The position numbers were made by a program, and so were the translations under genes. A DNA stretch of 64,000 nucleotides, taken from positions 64,001 to 128,000 of the IMG/VR virus record IMGVR_UViG_3300025122_000005; one strand, written 5' to 3'. The DNA is from a virus. The notes under the pieces are model-generated. The model worked only from the letters and a program-made list of their open reading frames with translations, did no database searches and was not told the origin of the DNA. Of the stretch, positions 8,857 through 17,458 are shown one piece after another. Each line of letters starts with the position of its first letter. The stretch's first letter is position 1.

Positions 8857-11301
8857 ATGAAAAATAATATCATATCCGAAGGAGGAAGCGGAGGACATAT
8901 GCTTCATCCTTTTAGTTTACCGCAAGTAAAAACTGGTAAAGATTTGATAGAATTTTTTGAAACCGCTGCTGCATTCGTATCAAAAAAGAGTACGAAGATT
9001 AAGGCAAGTGAATCCTCTAGTATTAAATTTGATGGTGTTAACGCAAGTATCAAGCTAATTGATGGTCCCGGCGGGAAAGAGTTTGCTCTTGACAGGGGCA
9101 GTCTTAAACCACTAGATATTGAGGGAGTAACTGCTGAAAAACTGCCTTCTAGATTTGTGGATAAAGAAAAGCTAGAAATTTTAAGAAGTGTTCTTGGCAG
9201 ATACTACCAATCTGGAACAGAACACCATTTTAAGTGCCCCAATTGCCAACACGAAAAGAGAACACTTTCCATTAATTTGGACAAAGGTGCTTTTAAATGT
9301 TGGGTGTGTGACTATTCAGGACTTAAGATAGCAAATCTTATAAAGAGATTTGGTTCTTTTTCTGACCACTCGAAGTGGGTCGAGATGGACGGGAAAGAAG
9401 GTCACGGAATGATCAAGATTGGTAAAATAATGCTTGACATCTTCAATCAAGCACTCCCTAAAATAAAACCAGAACTTGAATCTCTAGGGATGTGGGACGA
9501 TCAAACAAGATTTCTAAATGCAGAATTTGTGTGGGAAAAGACAAATATAGTCAAATATCCCGAAGATTTCATAGCTATTCACGGCGTCAATCAGTATTAC
9601 GAAAAAACACATTATCATACTGGCGAATATCGGCCGGGACTAACAAGACCAGTCGGGGATGATGGAAAACCTGTAAAGGATACTTCTGCAGAAATAGAAT
9701 ATGATGAAAATGCATTAGAAAGTTTAAAAGAAAAAGTTAAACCATTTTCTCAAAAATTTGGATTTAATTTATATACAGTGGTGCCGACTAAAATGCGAGA
9801 AGACATAAAGTCAATTAGTTTCGATAAAGCTTTAGATTTGGAAGTTCCAATTAAGTTTGATGAAAAAGTTGTAGCGAAGTCCTTAAGAGATTGGCTAACT
9901 AACAGTAATATGATCAACCCACGCTCAAGAATCGTATCACTTAGCGATGGAAGAAAAGTTACGGCACTTAGTAGACTAGTTTTCCAAGTGTTAATGGGTG
10001 GTGGGTCTCTAGCAGAGTTATTGATGGATCCTGAAGATGGACAACTTGCAATTAATGGAGCAATTTTCTATTATGCAACACAGGTATTAGGAAGTGTTTT
10101 ATTGGAATCTCTCACTAGTCCATTGGGAGACATAACTGGAACCGAAACAAAACATGAAGGAATAGTGTTGAGGAACAAGAAACTTTTTGGTTCTCGACCG
10201 GTTAAGATCACTGGTGATTTTATAACAGCCTTAGCAGATAGTCCTTTTGCGAAAAAACCAGAACAGGTAGATCCGGCAGAAGAAGAAAGAGAAGAAGAAC
10301 CGATTCAAGAACACGAAGACGACCTTGTAGACCTGCAGACCGACAATCCTGGCATAAGAAGAAAGATAGCAGTGTTTCCTGGTAAATTCAAACCTCCGCA
10401 AAAGGGTCACTTAGAAACTATTCGTTGTATGTTTGATAAAGGCATCAATCATTTATATGTTTTAATATCCCCTCTACCTAAAATGATAGGCGAAAAGAAA
10501 ATAGGAGTATTGGAATCAAAAAGTGTGTGGGAGTTGTACCTTAAGAATTTTGAATTTGGAGATAGAGTGTCTGTAATAGCATCTCCTTTTAATTCTCCCG
10601 TACAAGCTTCTTTTGATGTTATGAACGGAGAAGTGCCAGCATTTATCCCACAACCAGGTGACCTAATCATACCAGTTGCCAGCGACAAGCCAGATCGTAA
10701 ATCGGGTAAGCCAGATTATGAAAAATTTCTAAAATATCACTTGTACCAGCCGAAACTGCCGGGGGTGATTCCTGGAAATATTCTGGATTATCTTATATGT
10801 GCTCTTTCCGACGAGGAGGGACCTATCCACGCCAGTGATTTTCTAAATTCTCTAGAGAACGGAAAAGAAATCCACAGGTTTATCCCAAAGGGTATCAATC
10901 CAGATGATGTGAGGATGAGACTGGGACTTGACCCTGTAGAGAATCAATCATTGCCTGGGTCTCTTCAGCGTATTGGTAACGAATTTAATGAATCGAATCT
11001 TCTCTCTATGGTCGAGAATCTTTTACTCGAAGGAGATTGGCAACCGATAGCCAAGAGAAGATTGGACGCAGCACAAAAACGATTGCTGGATCTAGGCCTT
11101 CAAAATCCTGGCAAACCTTTTATGGATCCTCGACCAATTCGGAAGTCAAATGCTTTTTTTGCGAAAGAGGAAGTAAATAATGACAACCCAGACACTTCTC
11201 CGATTACAGAAGAAGAACTAGAAGAAATATCTCTTGCGGGTGCCGTCGAAGGTGCTCCGGGAAATATTCTGGACCCAGAAGATGAAAGAAAGACTACTTA
11301 A
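8857..11301 (+). CDS. Multidomain phage protein: EGGxGGHMxHP N-domain with inserted Cys4 zinc ribbon, C-terminal cytidylyltransferase-like (HxGH) domain
   Basis: SEGGSGGHMLHPF; CPNC...CWVC; AVFPGKFKPPQKGH. Confidence 0.6.
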   Translation: MKNNIISEGGSGGHMLHPFSLPQVKTGKDLIEFFETAAAFVSKKSTKIKASESSSIKFDGVNASIKLIDGPGGKEFALDRGSLKPLDIEGVTAEKLPSRFVDKEKLEILRSVLGRYYQSGTEHHFKCPNCQHEKRTLSINLDKGAFKCWVCDYSGLKIANLIKRFGSFSDHSKWVEMDGKEGHGMIKIGKIMLDIFNQALPKIKPELESLGMWDDQTRFLNAEFVWEKTNIVKYPEDFIAIHGVNQYYEKTHYHTGEYRPGLTRPVGDDGKPVKDTSAEIEYDENALESLKEKVKPFSQKFGFNLYTVVPTKMREDIKSISFDKALDLEVPIKFDEKVVAKSLRDWLTNSNMINPRSRIVSLSDGRKVTALSRLVFQVLMGGGSLAELLMDPEDGQLAINGAIFYYATQVLGSVLLESLTSPLGDITGTETKHEGIVLRNKKLFGSRPVKITGDFITALADSPFAKKPEQVDPAEEEREEEPIQEHEDDLVDLQTDNPGIRRKIAVFPGKFKPPQKGHLETIRCMFDKGINHLYVLISPLPKMIGEKKIGVLESKSVWELYLKNFEFGDRVSVIASPFNSPVQASFDVMNGEVPAFIPQPGDLIIPVASDKPDRKSGKPDYEKFLKYHLYQPKLPGVIPGNILDYLICALSDEEGPIHASDFLNSLENGKEIHRFIPKGINPDDVRMRLGLDPVENQSLPGSLQRIGNEFNESNLLSMVENLLLEGDWQPIAKRRLDAAQKRLLDLGLQNPGKPFMDPRPIRKSNAFFAKEEVNNDNPDTSPITEEELEEISLAGAVEGAPGNILDPEDERKTT

Positions 11302-11317
11302 TACTAGGAGAAGTTTT

Positions 11318-12382
11318 ATGATATCGCATGAAGAATTAGCAGCAGAAATTAACTTAAGAAAATGTATCTCAAGAGCAATCGGCATTGTAGAGAGAAAATT
11401 GATTAAAGAATCAGTTGATGCCTTGAATAAAGAAATCTCACTTCGAAACATAATTCAAGATATGATTTTAGAAGCAGCAACTGCAGACTCTGAAAAGGAT
11501 CCTCATGAAGCCACCGGACTCAATGTACTGGAAGATCTTCTTAAAAAGATTATTCCCATTATAGAGACGGATTTTAAAATGCTCACAACAGATATATCTC
11601 AAAGAGAATCTTTCCGTGCACATATAATACACGCTATACAGAACACGCTTGCTCCCGTAAAAGTAAATGACAAAGCAGATGATCTTCTACAAGAGGGAAT
11701 GAGAGACTTAATAATTTCTTTAATCACCCTCATAGCGTCTACTGGGGTGGCTAGTGCTGCTCCGCAGGGTCCTGCGGGTCCTGCTAATGCTCCTTCTATA
11801 GAAGAAATAATGCCAAAGATAGAACAACAGACCGACGAAGATCTGTTGAATGCGTACCTCAAGGTCAAAACTGCACCCAAACAAGAAAAAGTTTCAGTAC
11901 TGAAGGATTTGGCTGATAAGGTTCCTTTAAGTAGGCTACCCGTGAAAGGCAGAGGACTTGGCGTTAAATTCCATGGTACATTTGAGGAATCTAGTCTAAA
12001 CGAGGACATTGGTGTCGACATCCTTGATAAAGACGAACAAGATAAAAAGATCGATATTAACAACGACGGGAAGGCAGATGTTGAAGAGCCGCCCGATCCA
12101 AAAGAAGAATTTAGTATTGAAGGTCATGACGAGACAGGCCGGAATGCTGCCTACATCACATTCAAAAAGATAGAAAACCAAATCGTTGATGCCTTCGTCT
12201 TCATGGGAAATGAAGAAGACCAAGAAATATTTTATGATTATTTGATTACCAATGTCAAACTTTATTTCGATGAGTTTGAAGACGAGTTAAATAAAAAGCT
12301 AGCTGAACCCACGACTGATACGTATGAGCAGGAAAAAGCAGCAGCTGCAGCGGAAGAACCCGTCGAAGATATAGCTGTTTAA
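11318..12382 (+). CDS. Acidic hypothetical phage protein
   Basis: AGGAG RBS before ATG 11318; ORF to 12382. Confidence 0.6.
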   Translation: MISHEELAAEINLRKCISRAIGIVERKLIKESVDALNKEISLRNIIQDMILEAATADSEKDPHEATGLNVLEDLLKKIIPIIETDFKMLTTDISQRESFRAHIIHAIQNTLAPVKVNDKADDLLQEGMRDLIISLITLIASTGVASAAPQGPAGPANAPSIEEIMPKIEQQTDEDLLNAYLKVKTAPKQEKVSVLKDLADKVPLSRLPVKGRGLGVKFHGTFEESSLNEDIGVDILDKDEQDKKIDINNDGKADVEEPPDPKEEFSIEGHDETGRNAAYITFKKIENQIVDAFVFMGNEEDQEIFYDYLITNVKLYFDEFEDELNKKLAEPTTDTYEQEKAAAAAEEPVEDIAV

Positions 12383-12435
12383 AAGCCTTTACTTTTCCTC
12401 CAAAATATGATACCCTTAATTCACGAATTCTAGAA

Positions 12436-12795
12436 GTGATGAGAGAGAAGAAATTACCTAAAAGACTAAGAGGCAAGAATTACTATCAAAGTATATCTAA
12501 AAAACTGTCTAATGAGAAGAAAATTAATGCAGAGTTTGAAGTAAGGTTAGCCTCTTTAAAGTTAGAAGAAATTATAGCTTTAAAATTAGAATTATCAGCT
12601 AAAAATGTAAGAGGTAAGTTATACGGATATCCTATTTGGAACACCTCTACCTATATTATAAAAGACTCTCTAATTAAATTTGCACTCTCAGCAACCAACT
12701 CTCATAGAGAAGCGGCCAATATGCTAGGAATAACAATATCAGAACTTAAAAGATTCATTAAGAAATACAAAGTAAATGAATATTTTGATGACTAG
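12436..12795 (+). CDS. Fis-like HTH (HTH_8) DNA-binding protein
   Basis: C-terminal LIKFALSATNSHREAANMLGITISELKRFIKKY. Confidence 0.65.
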   Translation: MMREKKLPKRLRGKNYYQSISKKLSNEKKINAEFEVRLASLKLEEIIALKLELSAKNVRGKLYGYPIWNTSTYIIKDSLIKFALSATNSHREAANMLGITISELKRFIKKYKVNEYFDD

Positions 12796-12821
12796 TTATA
12801 TAGATAAGGAGACTTAACATT

Positions 12822-14261
12822 ATGCCTAGGTTCACAGGACAGAACAAAAAGAGAATAGACCCAAGATATTTCTTAGAAGAAACAACGAATAGGGATTTAT
12901 CCCCGGAAGAAGAAAGAATCAAAGAACTTCTCGCCGCTTATGATGAAGCCCGAGAAGCTGAGTCCAAAGCTTGGCCAAGCATGGCTAATCCAAACGATAT
13001 AAGGCATCTCATGACCATGCAGACTAGATCTAATATCGAGGATCAACTAATTAAACTTCCAGGTGGGAAAGAAGCTTTGAAGGTACATAAAGATAGGAAG
13101 CACGCCAAATCGCAGATGAAAGATGATGATCGATACAAACAGCATGATAGGGATTTATCCCCGGAAGAAGAGTTATCCCCGGAAGAAGAAAGATACAAAA
13201 AACTTCTCGCCGATTATGATGAAGCCCGAGAAGCTGAGTCCGAAGCTTGGCCAAGCATGGCTGATCCAAACGATATAAGGCATCTCATGACCATGCAGAC
13301 TAGATCTAATATCGAGGATCAACTAATTAAACTTCCAGGTGGGAAAGAAGCTTTGAAGGTACATAAAGATAGGAAGCACGCCAAATCGCAGATGAAAGAT
13401 GATGATCGATACAAACAACACGAAGGAAACAAGACTAAGCAGAAATTAGAAGAACGACCGAAACCTAGGCTTAAAGACAAACCTGGGATTAAAGACAAAG
13501 AGCAAGGGAAGAATTCTAGCTTTCGACATTTCCGATGGGAAGAGGAGCGAAATGAGGCATACGAAAAATGGGAAGAGGTAGTTGCATATGCCTATACGGT
13601 AGAATATCTCCACGACCAAGGACGCGTCCACGACGACCTAGCAGAAAAAGCAAAAGAAGAATTAGATCTAATGCAACAAAATCTTATCGATGCATTTGGA
13701 TACCGTTGGGCAGACCTCGCCGCTTGGCGCAAAAAAATTGAAAACGACCGGCACTGGGATATACAGGACGACGAAGGTGCGTATCTCCCAAAAAGGTATG
13801 ATGAATGGCCGGAAGCAAAGCTGGAACCAATAGATCGAGGGTATGATCCTGATCTACAGAAGAGCAGTAGGATAGATTGGGAGAAACAAGGTGGATCGCG
13901 AGGATATCAACATTTAGAAGAAAGAGCCCCAGAACGCATTAGGACGCACCCATCCGGCGAAGAATACAAGTGGACGGGGTCTGAGCGGGACTTACCAGAC
14001 GAGTATATGAGTAGATATGTCACCAGTCCGATGGCTAACCCCTTACCTGGCCATGAAAAAAACATTGAAGACTTTTTGGAAGATTATGAGGATGCGGTAA
14101 AACGCGGCGATGTTGCCAAGGAAAAAGAAATAGAAAAAATACTTTTACGTACGGGACACATTAGTGATAGATATTATGGCGATTTGCAGGCAATAAAACG
14201 AAAAGTAGGAGACGCCCAAGCGCGCCCACAATGGTCAGGCGATCATGACTTGGGAGGATAA
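12822..14261 (+). CDS. Charged hypothetical protein with MPxFxGQNKKRIDPRYFLEE leader and internal 86-aa tandem duplication
   Basis: ORF track translation; AAGGAG RBS. Confidence 0.7.
   Translation: MPRFTGQNKKRIDPRYFLEETTNRDLSPEEERIKELLAAYDEAREAESKAWPSMANPNDIRHLMTMQTRSNIEDQLIKLPGGKEALKVHKDRKHAKSQMKDDDRYKQHDRDLSPEEELSPEEERYKKLLADYDEAREAESEAWPSMADPNDIRHLMTMQTRSNIEDQLIKLPGGKEALKVHKDRKHAKSQMKDDDRYKQHEGNKTKQKLEERPKPRLKDKPGIKDKEQGKNSSFRHFRWEEERNEAYEKWEEVVAYAYTVEYLHDQGRVHDDLAEKAKEELDLMQQNLIDAFGYRWADLAAWRKKIENDRHWDIQDDEGAYLPKRYDEWPEAKLEPIDRGYDPDLQKSSRIDWEKQGGSRGYQHLEERAPERIRTHPSGEEYKWTGSERDLPDEYMSRYVTSPMANPLPGHEKNIEDFLEDYEDAVKRGDVAKEKEIEKILLRTGHISDRYYGDLQAIKRKVGDAQARPQWSGDHDLGG
12889..13421 (+). repeat. 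Intragenic tandem duplication, period 258 bp, second copy with an extra 18-bp micro-duplication
   Basis: atagggatttatccccggaagaag at 12889 and 13147; 8 substitutions counted by eye. Confidence 0.95.
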
Positions 14262-14262
14262 T

Positions 14263-14760
14263 ATGAAGCTTATAATGGAAAATTGGCGCAAGCATGTATT
14301 AGAACAATCGTATATGAAGGACACTGGTATACAATATACCGCACTAGTGTTGGACAATCCTGCCGCTTTGGTTTCGAATCTTAAGGAGCAAGGCGTCGAA
14401 ATTCCGGAAGAATGGCTCGGGCTTGATCTGCCGCTAGAAGAAAAGCTTCCTCATCATAAGAAAAACGAGGATCTTCCTCATCATATGACAATTCTTTCTC
14501 CGAGGGATCAAAAAATTCGATATCCGTCAGAACTTTTGAATCAGCCGGGCGGAGCAACCGTAACAGGCTGGGCAATTGATGACAGAGTGTTAGCTGTCAC
14601 TGTCAAGACTGACTTGCCTACAAAACAAGATATTCCTCATATTACGATTGCTCTATCTCCAACTGGGAAGGCATCTGACTCAAATGATCTTTTGGCTTCC
14701 GGGGCCCCAAATAAGTTGAACCAGTTCCCTGTGAGCGGATCTATAAAGGAAATAACATAA
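14263..14760 (+). CDS. 2H phosphoesterase (cyclic phosphodiesterase-like) with MKLIMENW leader
   Basis: Two HxT motifs (HMTI, HITI) plus GKASDSN as in tRNA-ligase CPDase-type domains; GGAGG RBS. Confidence 0.7.
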   Translation: MKLIMENWRKHVLEQSYMKDTGIQYTALVLDNPAALVSNLKEQGVEIPEEWLGLDLPLEEKLPHHKKNEDLPHHMTILSPRDQKIRYPSELLNQPGGATVTGWAIDDRVLAVTVKTDLPTKQDIPHITIALSPTGKASDSNDLLASGAPNKLNQFPVSGSIKEIT

Positions 14761-14952
14761 ATGAAATTAATAATGGAAAATTGGAATAGATATTTAAAGG
14801 AGCAGGAAACTCCATTAAATTTATTTGTTCTTGTTGGACCCCCATCTGTCGGCAAATCCAGTTGGATAAACGATACGTTTATTGATAAGGAACCATATAT
14901 TATCAATAGAGAACTGTTACAGAAATTGGCAAACTCAGGGGAGGCTAGATGA
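14761..14952 (+). pseudogene. Truncated P-loop kinase (PNK/AAA_33-like) with MKLIMENW leader
   Basis: LFVLVGPPSVGKSSW Walker A, then stop after 63 aa. Confidence 0.6.
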
Positions 14953-15007
14953 AAGAAGAACCACAAATATTCACTAGAAAACAAGAACCAGAACAAGGAG
15001 ATAGATA

Positions 15008-15337
15008 ATGCCAAAATTTTATGGACAAAACAAAAAGAGAATAGACCCAAGATATTTCTTAGAAGAAACAAAATATAGAGACACTCTTGCTTCAAAAAGC
15101 CGCGAGGAGCTTGTGGCAATGGCTGGCGTCATATTGTTAAAAGCTGGTGATGACGGTCCCGTGGTAGCACTTGATAAAGGAATTATTACACGCGAAGAAG
15201 ATGATATGCTTCAACATCTACGTAAAGTATTGGGATTCGGCGTTCAATCACATTCAGATGTAGATCCTGACCGCGCCGAGTTTGGTCCGACTGGACAACA
15301 TGGTCTAGGTCCTGGTTACAAACCAGGACCATCATAA
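15008..15337 (+). CDS. Hypothetical protein with MPKFYGQNKKRIDPRYFLEE leader
   Basis: 42 bp identical to 12843..12884; AAGGAG RBS. Confidence 0.7.
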   Translation: MPKFYGQNKKRIDPRYFLEETKYRDTLASKSREELVAMAGVILLKAGDDGPVVALDKGIITREEDDMLQHLRKVLGFGVQSHSDVDPDRAEFGPTGQHGLGPGYKPGPS

Positions 15338-15347
15338 GGAGAGCAAC

Positions 15348-15695
15348 GTGAAATTAATAATGGAAATTTGGAATAGGTTTATAAATGAACATGATCAGTC
15401 GTCTTATCGCGATCCATTGGACGACCTCACCGCTGGCGAAGGACCGGAAGGACGTTGGCAGCCTGACCGTATGAAAGGATTCGAACCGTACCAATTGGCA
15501 CATCTTGAAACTATTTTAAGCCAACTTCAACCAGATCTTTTAAAAAGCGCAGCAGAGGGTCACCAAGGTCGAGTTCATTTGCAGCAACACTTGGCACGCG
15601 ATCTGGCTTCCGTCGGGCAAGAAGCATATGAGGCTTTGATGGCAGCAGATTACGAAGGAGCAGAAATTGTTCAGGCATTAATAGATTTAAGTTAA
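15348..15695 (+). CDS. Hypothetical protein with MKLIMEIW leader (GTG start)
   Basis: AAGGAG RBS; leader motif. Confidence 0.65.
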   Translation: MKLIMEIWNRFINEHDQSSYRDPLDDLTAGEGPEGRWQPDRMKGFEPYQLAHLETILSQLQPDLLKSAAEGHQGRVHLQQHLARDLASVGQEAYEALMAADYEGAEIVQALIDLS

Positions 15696-15703
15696 GGGGT
15701 TAC

Positions 15704-15749
15704 GGGGGTGTAAAGGTATCGACAGGGTAAGGATAATAATACGTGCAAG
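15704..15749 (+). repeat. Orphan tmRNA 5'-end fragment (acceptor strand, D-loop, helix-2 5' strand)
   Basis: GGGGGTG TAAAGGTATCGAC AGGGTAAGGATAATAATACGTGCAAG; 32 bp (15718..15749) identical to 16980..17011. Confidence 0.85.
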
Positions 15750-15759
15750 AGGGTAAAAG

Positions 15760-16896
15760 ATGAAAACAACAATAAAAGGCGATCAAATACGAGACAATTC
15801 AATTGACGAAAATGATATCGACGAAGACTCGATAAGAGCGTCGGAAATATCATCTGAGGCAATTACAGGACAGGGAGCATATTCCGGCGATGTCGACACT
15901 GTTAATGATAAAATTTTAATTTATGATGATAGTGCCAGTAGTCTTAAAAAGGTTTCTCCTGGAGAGATCTATCAAACAACCTCTCCCTCTATTCGGGTAA
16001 GCAATGGGCAATCAACTGCTGAAAATCGCTGGATTAAGATAGCGAGAACTTCCGTAGCGGGAGATGGTTGGCAAACCAACGTAACAACCTTGTTGGTCAC
16101 AATCACAGCATCGGAATATAGAGATGCCGAATCTTTTGATGGGTCTTTTTTAATTCAAGCAAAGTTTTCCGCGAAAGATTCATCCCCATATTATTACAGT
16201 TTTGGTACGCAAATAACCTGCGAACCATTAAATGCTGATGATATATCTGGATTTGACCCCACTAGTGATCTTGCAATTACGTTACAGGATCAGGATGCGA
16301 ATTTGATGGAAATATGGATTAAAGCTCCAACCCAATACAAGGAAGTCTTCGCAGCTCATGTGGGTGGGACAAATTTGTTAGATTTTTATGCAGTCGACCC
16401 ATCTGCCGTTATACAGACAAGTCAATCATGGTCGACATCGCTAACTAGTTTGGGTACTGAAATATATGGAACATGGGCTTCGAAAGTAACTTCAGGCTTA
16501 ACAGTCATCGGCGACGATCCAAGAATTAAAATCGATGGTATTACAGACAGTCACCCAGGTCTTGAATTTTATGAGAACGGTACCAGAAAGTGGATTATCT
16601 TTAACAACTACGGTGACGACAGTCTTGATTTCAAGACCAACTCCGACACACGAATGGTTATAAATCAAGACGGAACTGTGGGAATCGGAACACAATCACC
16701 CGCAACGGAACTTCATATCAATGGTGCCCTCACATTAAGTGAAAAGTCTTCTGACCCATCTAACCCATCGGAAGGTCAGTCTGTTTTATGGATGTCTGAC
16801 GGTACTGGTACTGGCGATGACGGAGATATTCTAATGAAGATCACGGCCGGCGGAAATACAAAGACTGTTACACTAGTTGATTTTAGCGCATCCTAG
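15760..16896 (+). CDS. Tail-fibre/virion appendage-like protein
   Basis: Ser/Thr/Gly/Asp-rich; RMVINQDGTVGIGTQSPATELHING repeat typical of phage fibre proteins. Confidence 0.6.
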   Translation: MKTTIKGDQIRDNSIDENDIDEDSIRASEISSEAITGQGAYSGDVDTVNDKILIYDDSASSLKKVSPGEIYQTTSPSIRVSNGQSTAENRWIKIARTSVAGDGWQTNVTTLLVTITASEYRDAESFDGSFLIQAKFSAKDSSPYYYSFGTQITCEPLNADDISGFDPTSDLAITLQDQDANLMEIWIKAPTQYKEVFAAHVGGTNLLDFYAVDPSAVIQTSQSWSTSLTSLGTEIYGTWASKVTSGLTVIGDDPRIKIDGITDSHPGLEFYENGTRKWIIFNNYGDDSLDFKTNSDTRMVINQDGTVGIGTQSPATELHINGALTLSEKSSDPSNPSEGQSVLWMSDGTGTGDDGDILMKITAGGNTKTVTLVDFSAS

Positions 16897-16925
16897 GTCG
16901 TTATCCATCACCAAATTTTCTTATT

Positions 16926-16954
16926 TTGAATACTACTTATTATTATGCTATAAT
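16926..16954 (+). promoter_or_regulatory. Sigma70-type promoter for tmRNA
   Basis: TTGAAT-17 nt-TATAAT with extended TGn; 11 nt upstream of the tmRNA 5' end. Confidence 0.7.
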
Positions 16955-16965
16955 TAAAAAACTAT

Positions 16966-17419
16966 GGGGGTGACTTGGAATCGACAGGGTAAGGATAATA
17001 ATACGTGCAAGGCTGTGTGAGTAGGCACAGTAAAACTACTCAAAAACATAAACGCCAATAATGACGTTGAAATAGACGATTTCGCGATTGCCGCTTAATC
17101 TTCCCGGGTTTCCGATGACCTGGTTACCAAATATCGGATTTACACATACACACACAAGGAGAAATATTATGAGTAATAAAGAATCAGGATACGGAATTAG
17201 AGCAGATTTGCTCACGCTTGCAAGGGACATTCTCTCTGAGAATTTTCATAGCAGGCTTGAAGCCGCTGATGATAAGTCGTCTGTGGATGGTTTCACCACG
17301 GAAGACGTAGTTCGAGAAGCCGAAAAGCTTTACACTTTTGTTGTAAATCGCTAACCTTGTAAATCGCGTATTATTTGAGATGTTCTGGACGCGGGAGTCG
17401 GAGCCCGCCACCTCCACCA
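16966..17419 (+). ncRNA. ssrA: tmRNA (454 nt) with nested ORF; tag (A)ANNDVEIDDFAIAA at 17054..17098
   Basis: Acceptor GGGGGTG/CACCTCC-ACCA with G3:U70; helix 2 (cagggta/tgttctg, aataatacgtg/cgcgtattatt, gcaagg/ccttgt); PK1 (ctgtgt/gcacag, gagtag/ctactc); resume context ataaac-GCC; T-stem GCGGG/CCCGC. Confidence 0.95.
17169..17354 (+). CDS. 61-aa ORF nested inside the tmRNA (MSNKESGYGIRADLLTLARDIL...FTTEDVVREAEKLYTFVVNR)
   Basis: AAGGAGA RBS; resembles a small T4-like phage protein pattern (EIRxxLLxMAxDxL...TxEEIxxxAxxLYxFV) as I recall it. Confidence 0.75.
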   Translation: MSNKESGYGIRADLLTLARDILSENFHSRLEAADDKSSVDGFTTEDVVREAEKLYTFVVNR

Positions 17420-17447
17420 ACTTTTCTTTTTTTTCTCTTGTTGAGAC

Positions 17448-17454
17448 CTATTTA
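17448..17454 (+). promoter_or_regulatory. Representative CTAnTTA motif (candidate phage late promoter)
   Basis: Same motif found shortly upstream of starts at 2323, 4653, 4854, 7317, 12792, 18491, 20356, 21792, 54187. Confidence 0.45.
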
Positions 17455-17458
17455 AAGT

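Noticed and set aside
12889-13421. Diversity-generating retroelement TR/VR pair
   Set aside because: Substitutions are not confined to adenines of one copy, both copies are in-frame in one gene, and no reverse transcriptase is present
14920-15007. Programmed frameshift rescuing the kinase stub
   Set aside because: The sequence up to the next gene shows no kinase-like continuation; only a 19-aa ORF (MKEEPQIFTRKQEPEQGDR) is present
17088-17168. Longer N-terminus for the nested ORF as given in the ORF track
   Set aside because: It overlaps the tag stop and pseudoknot; the RBS supports ATG 17169
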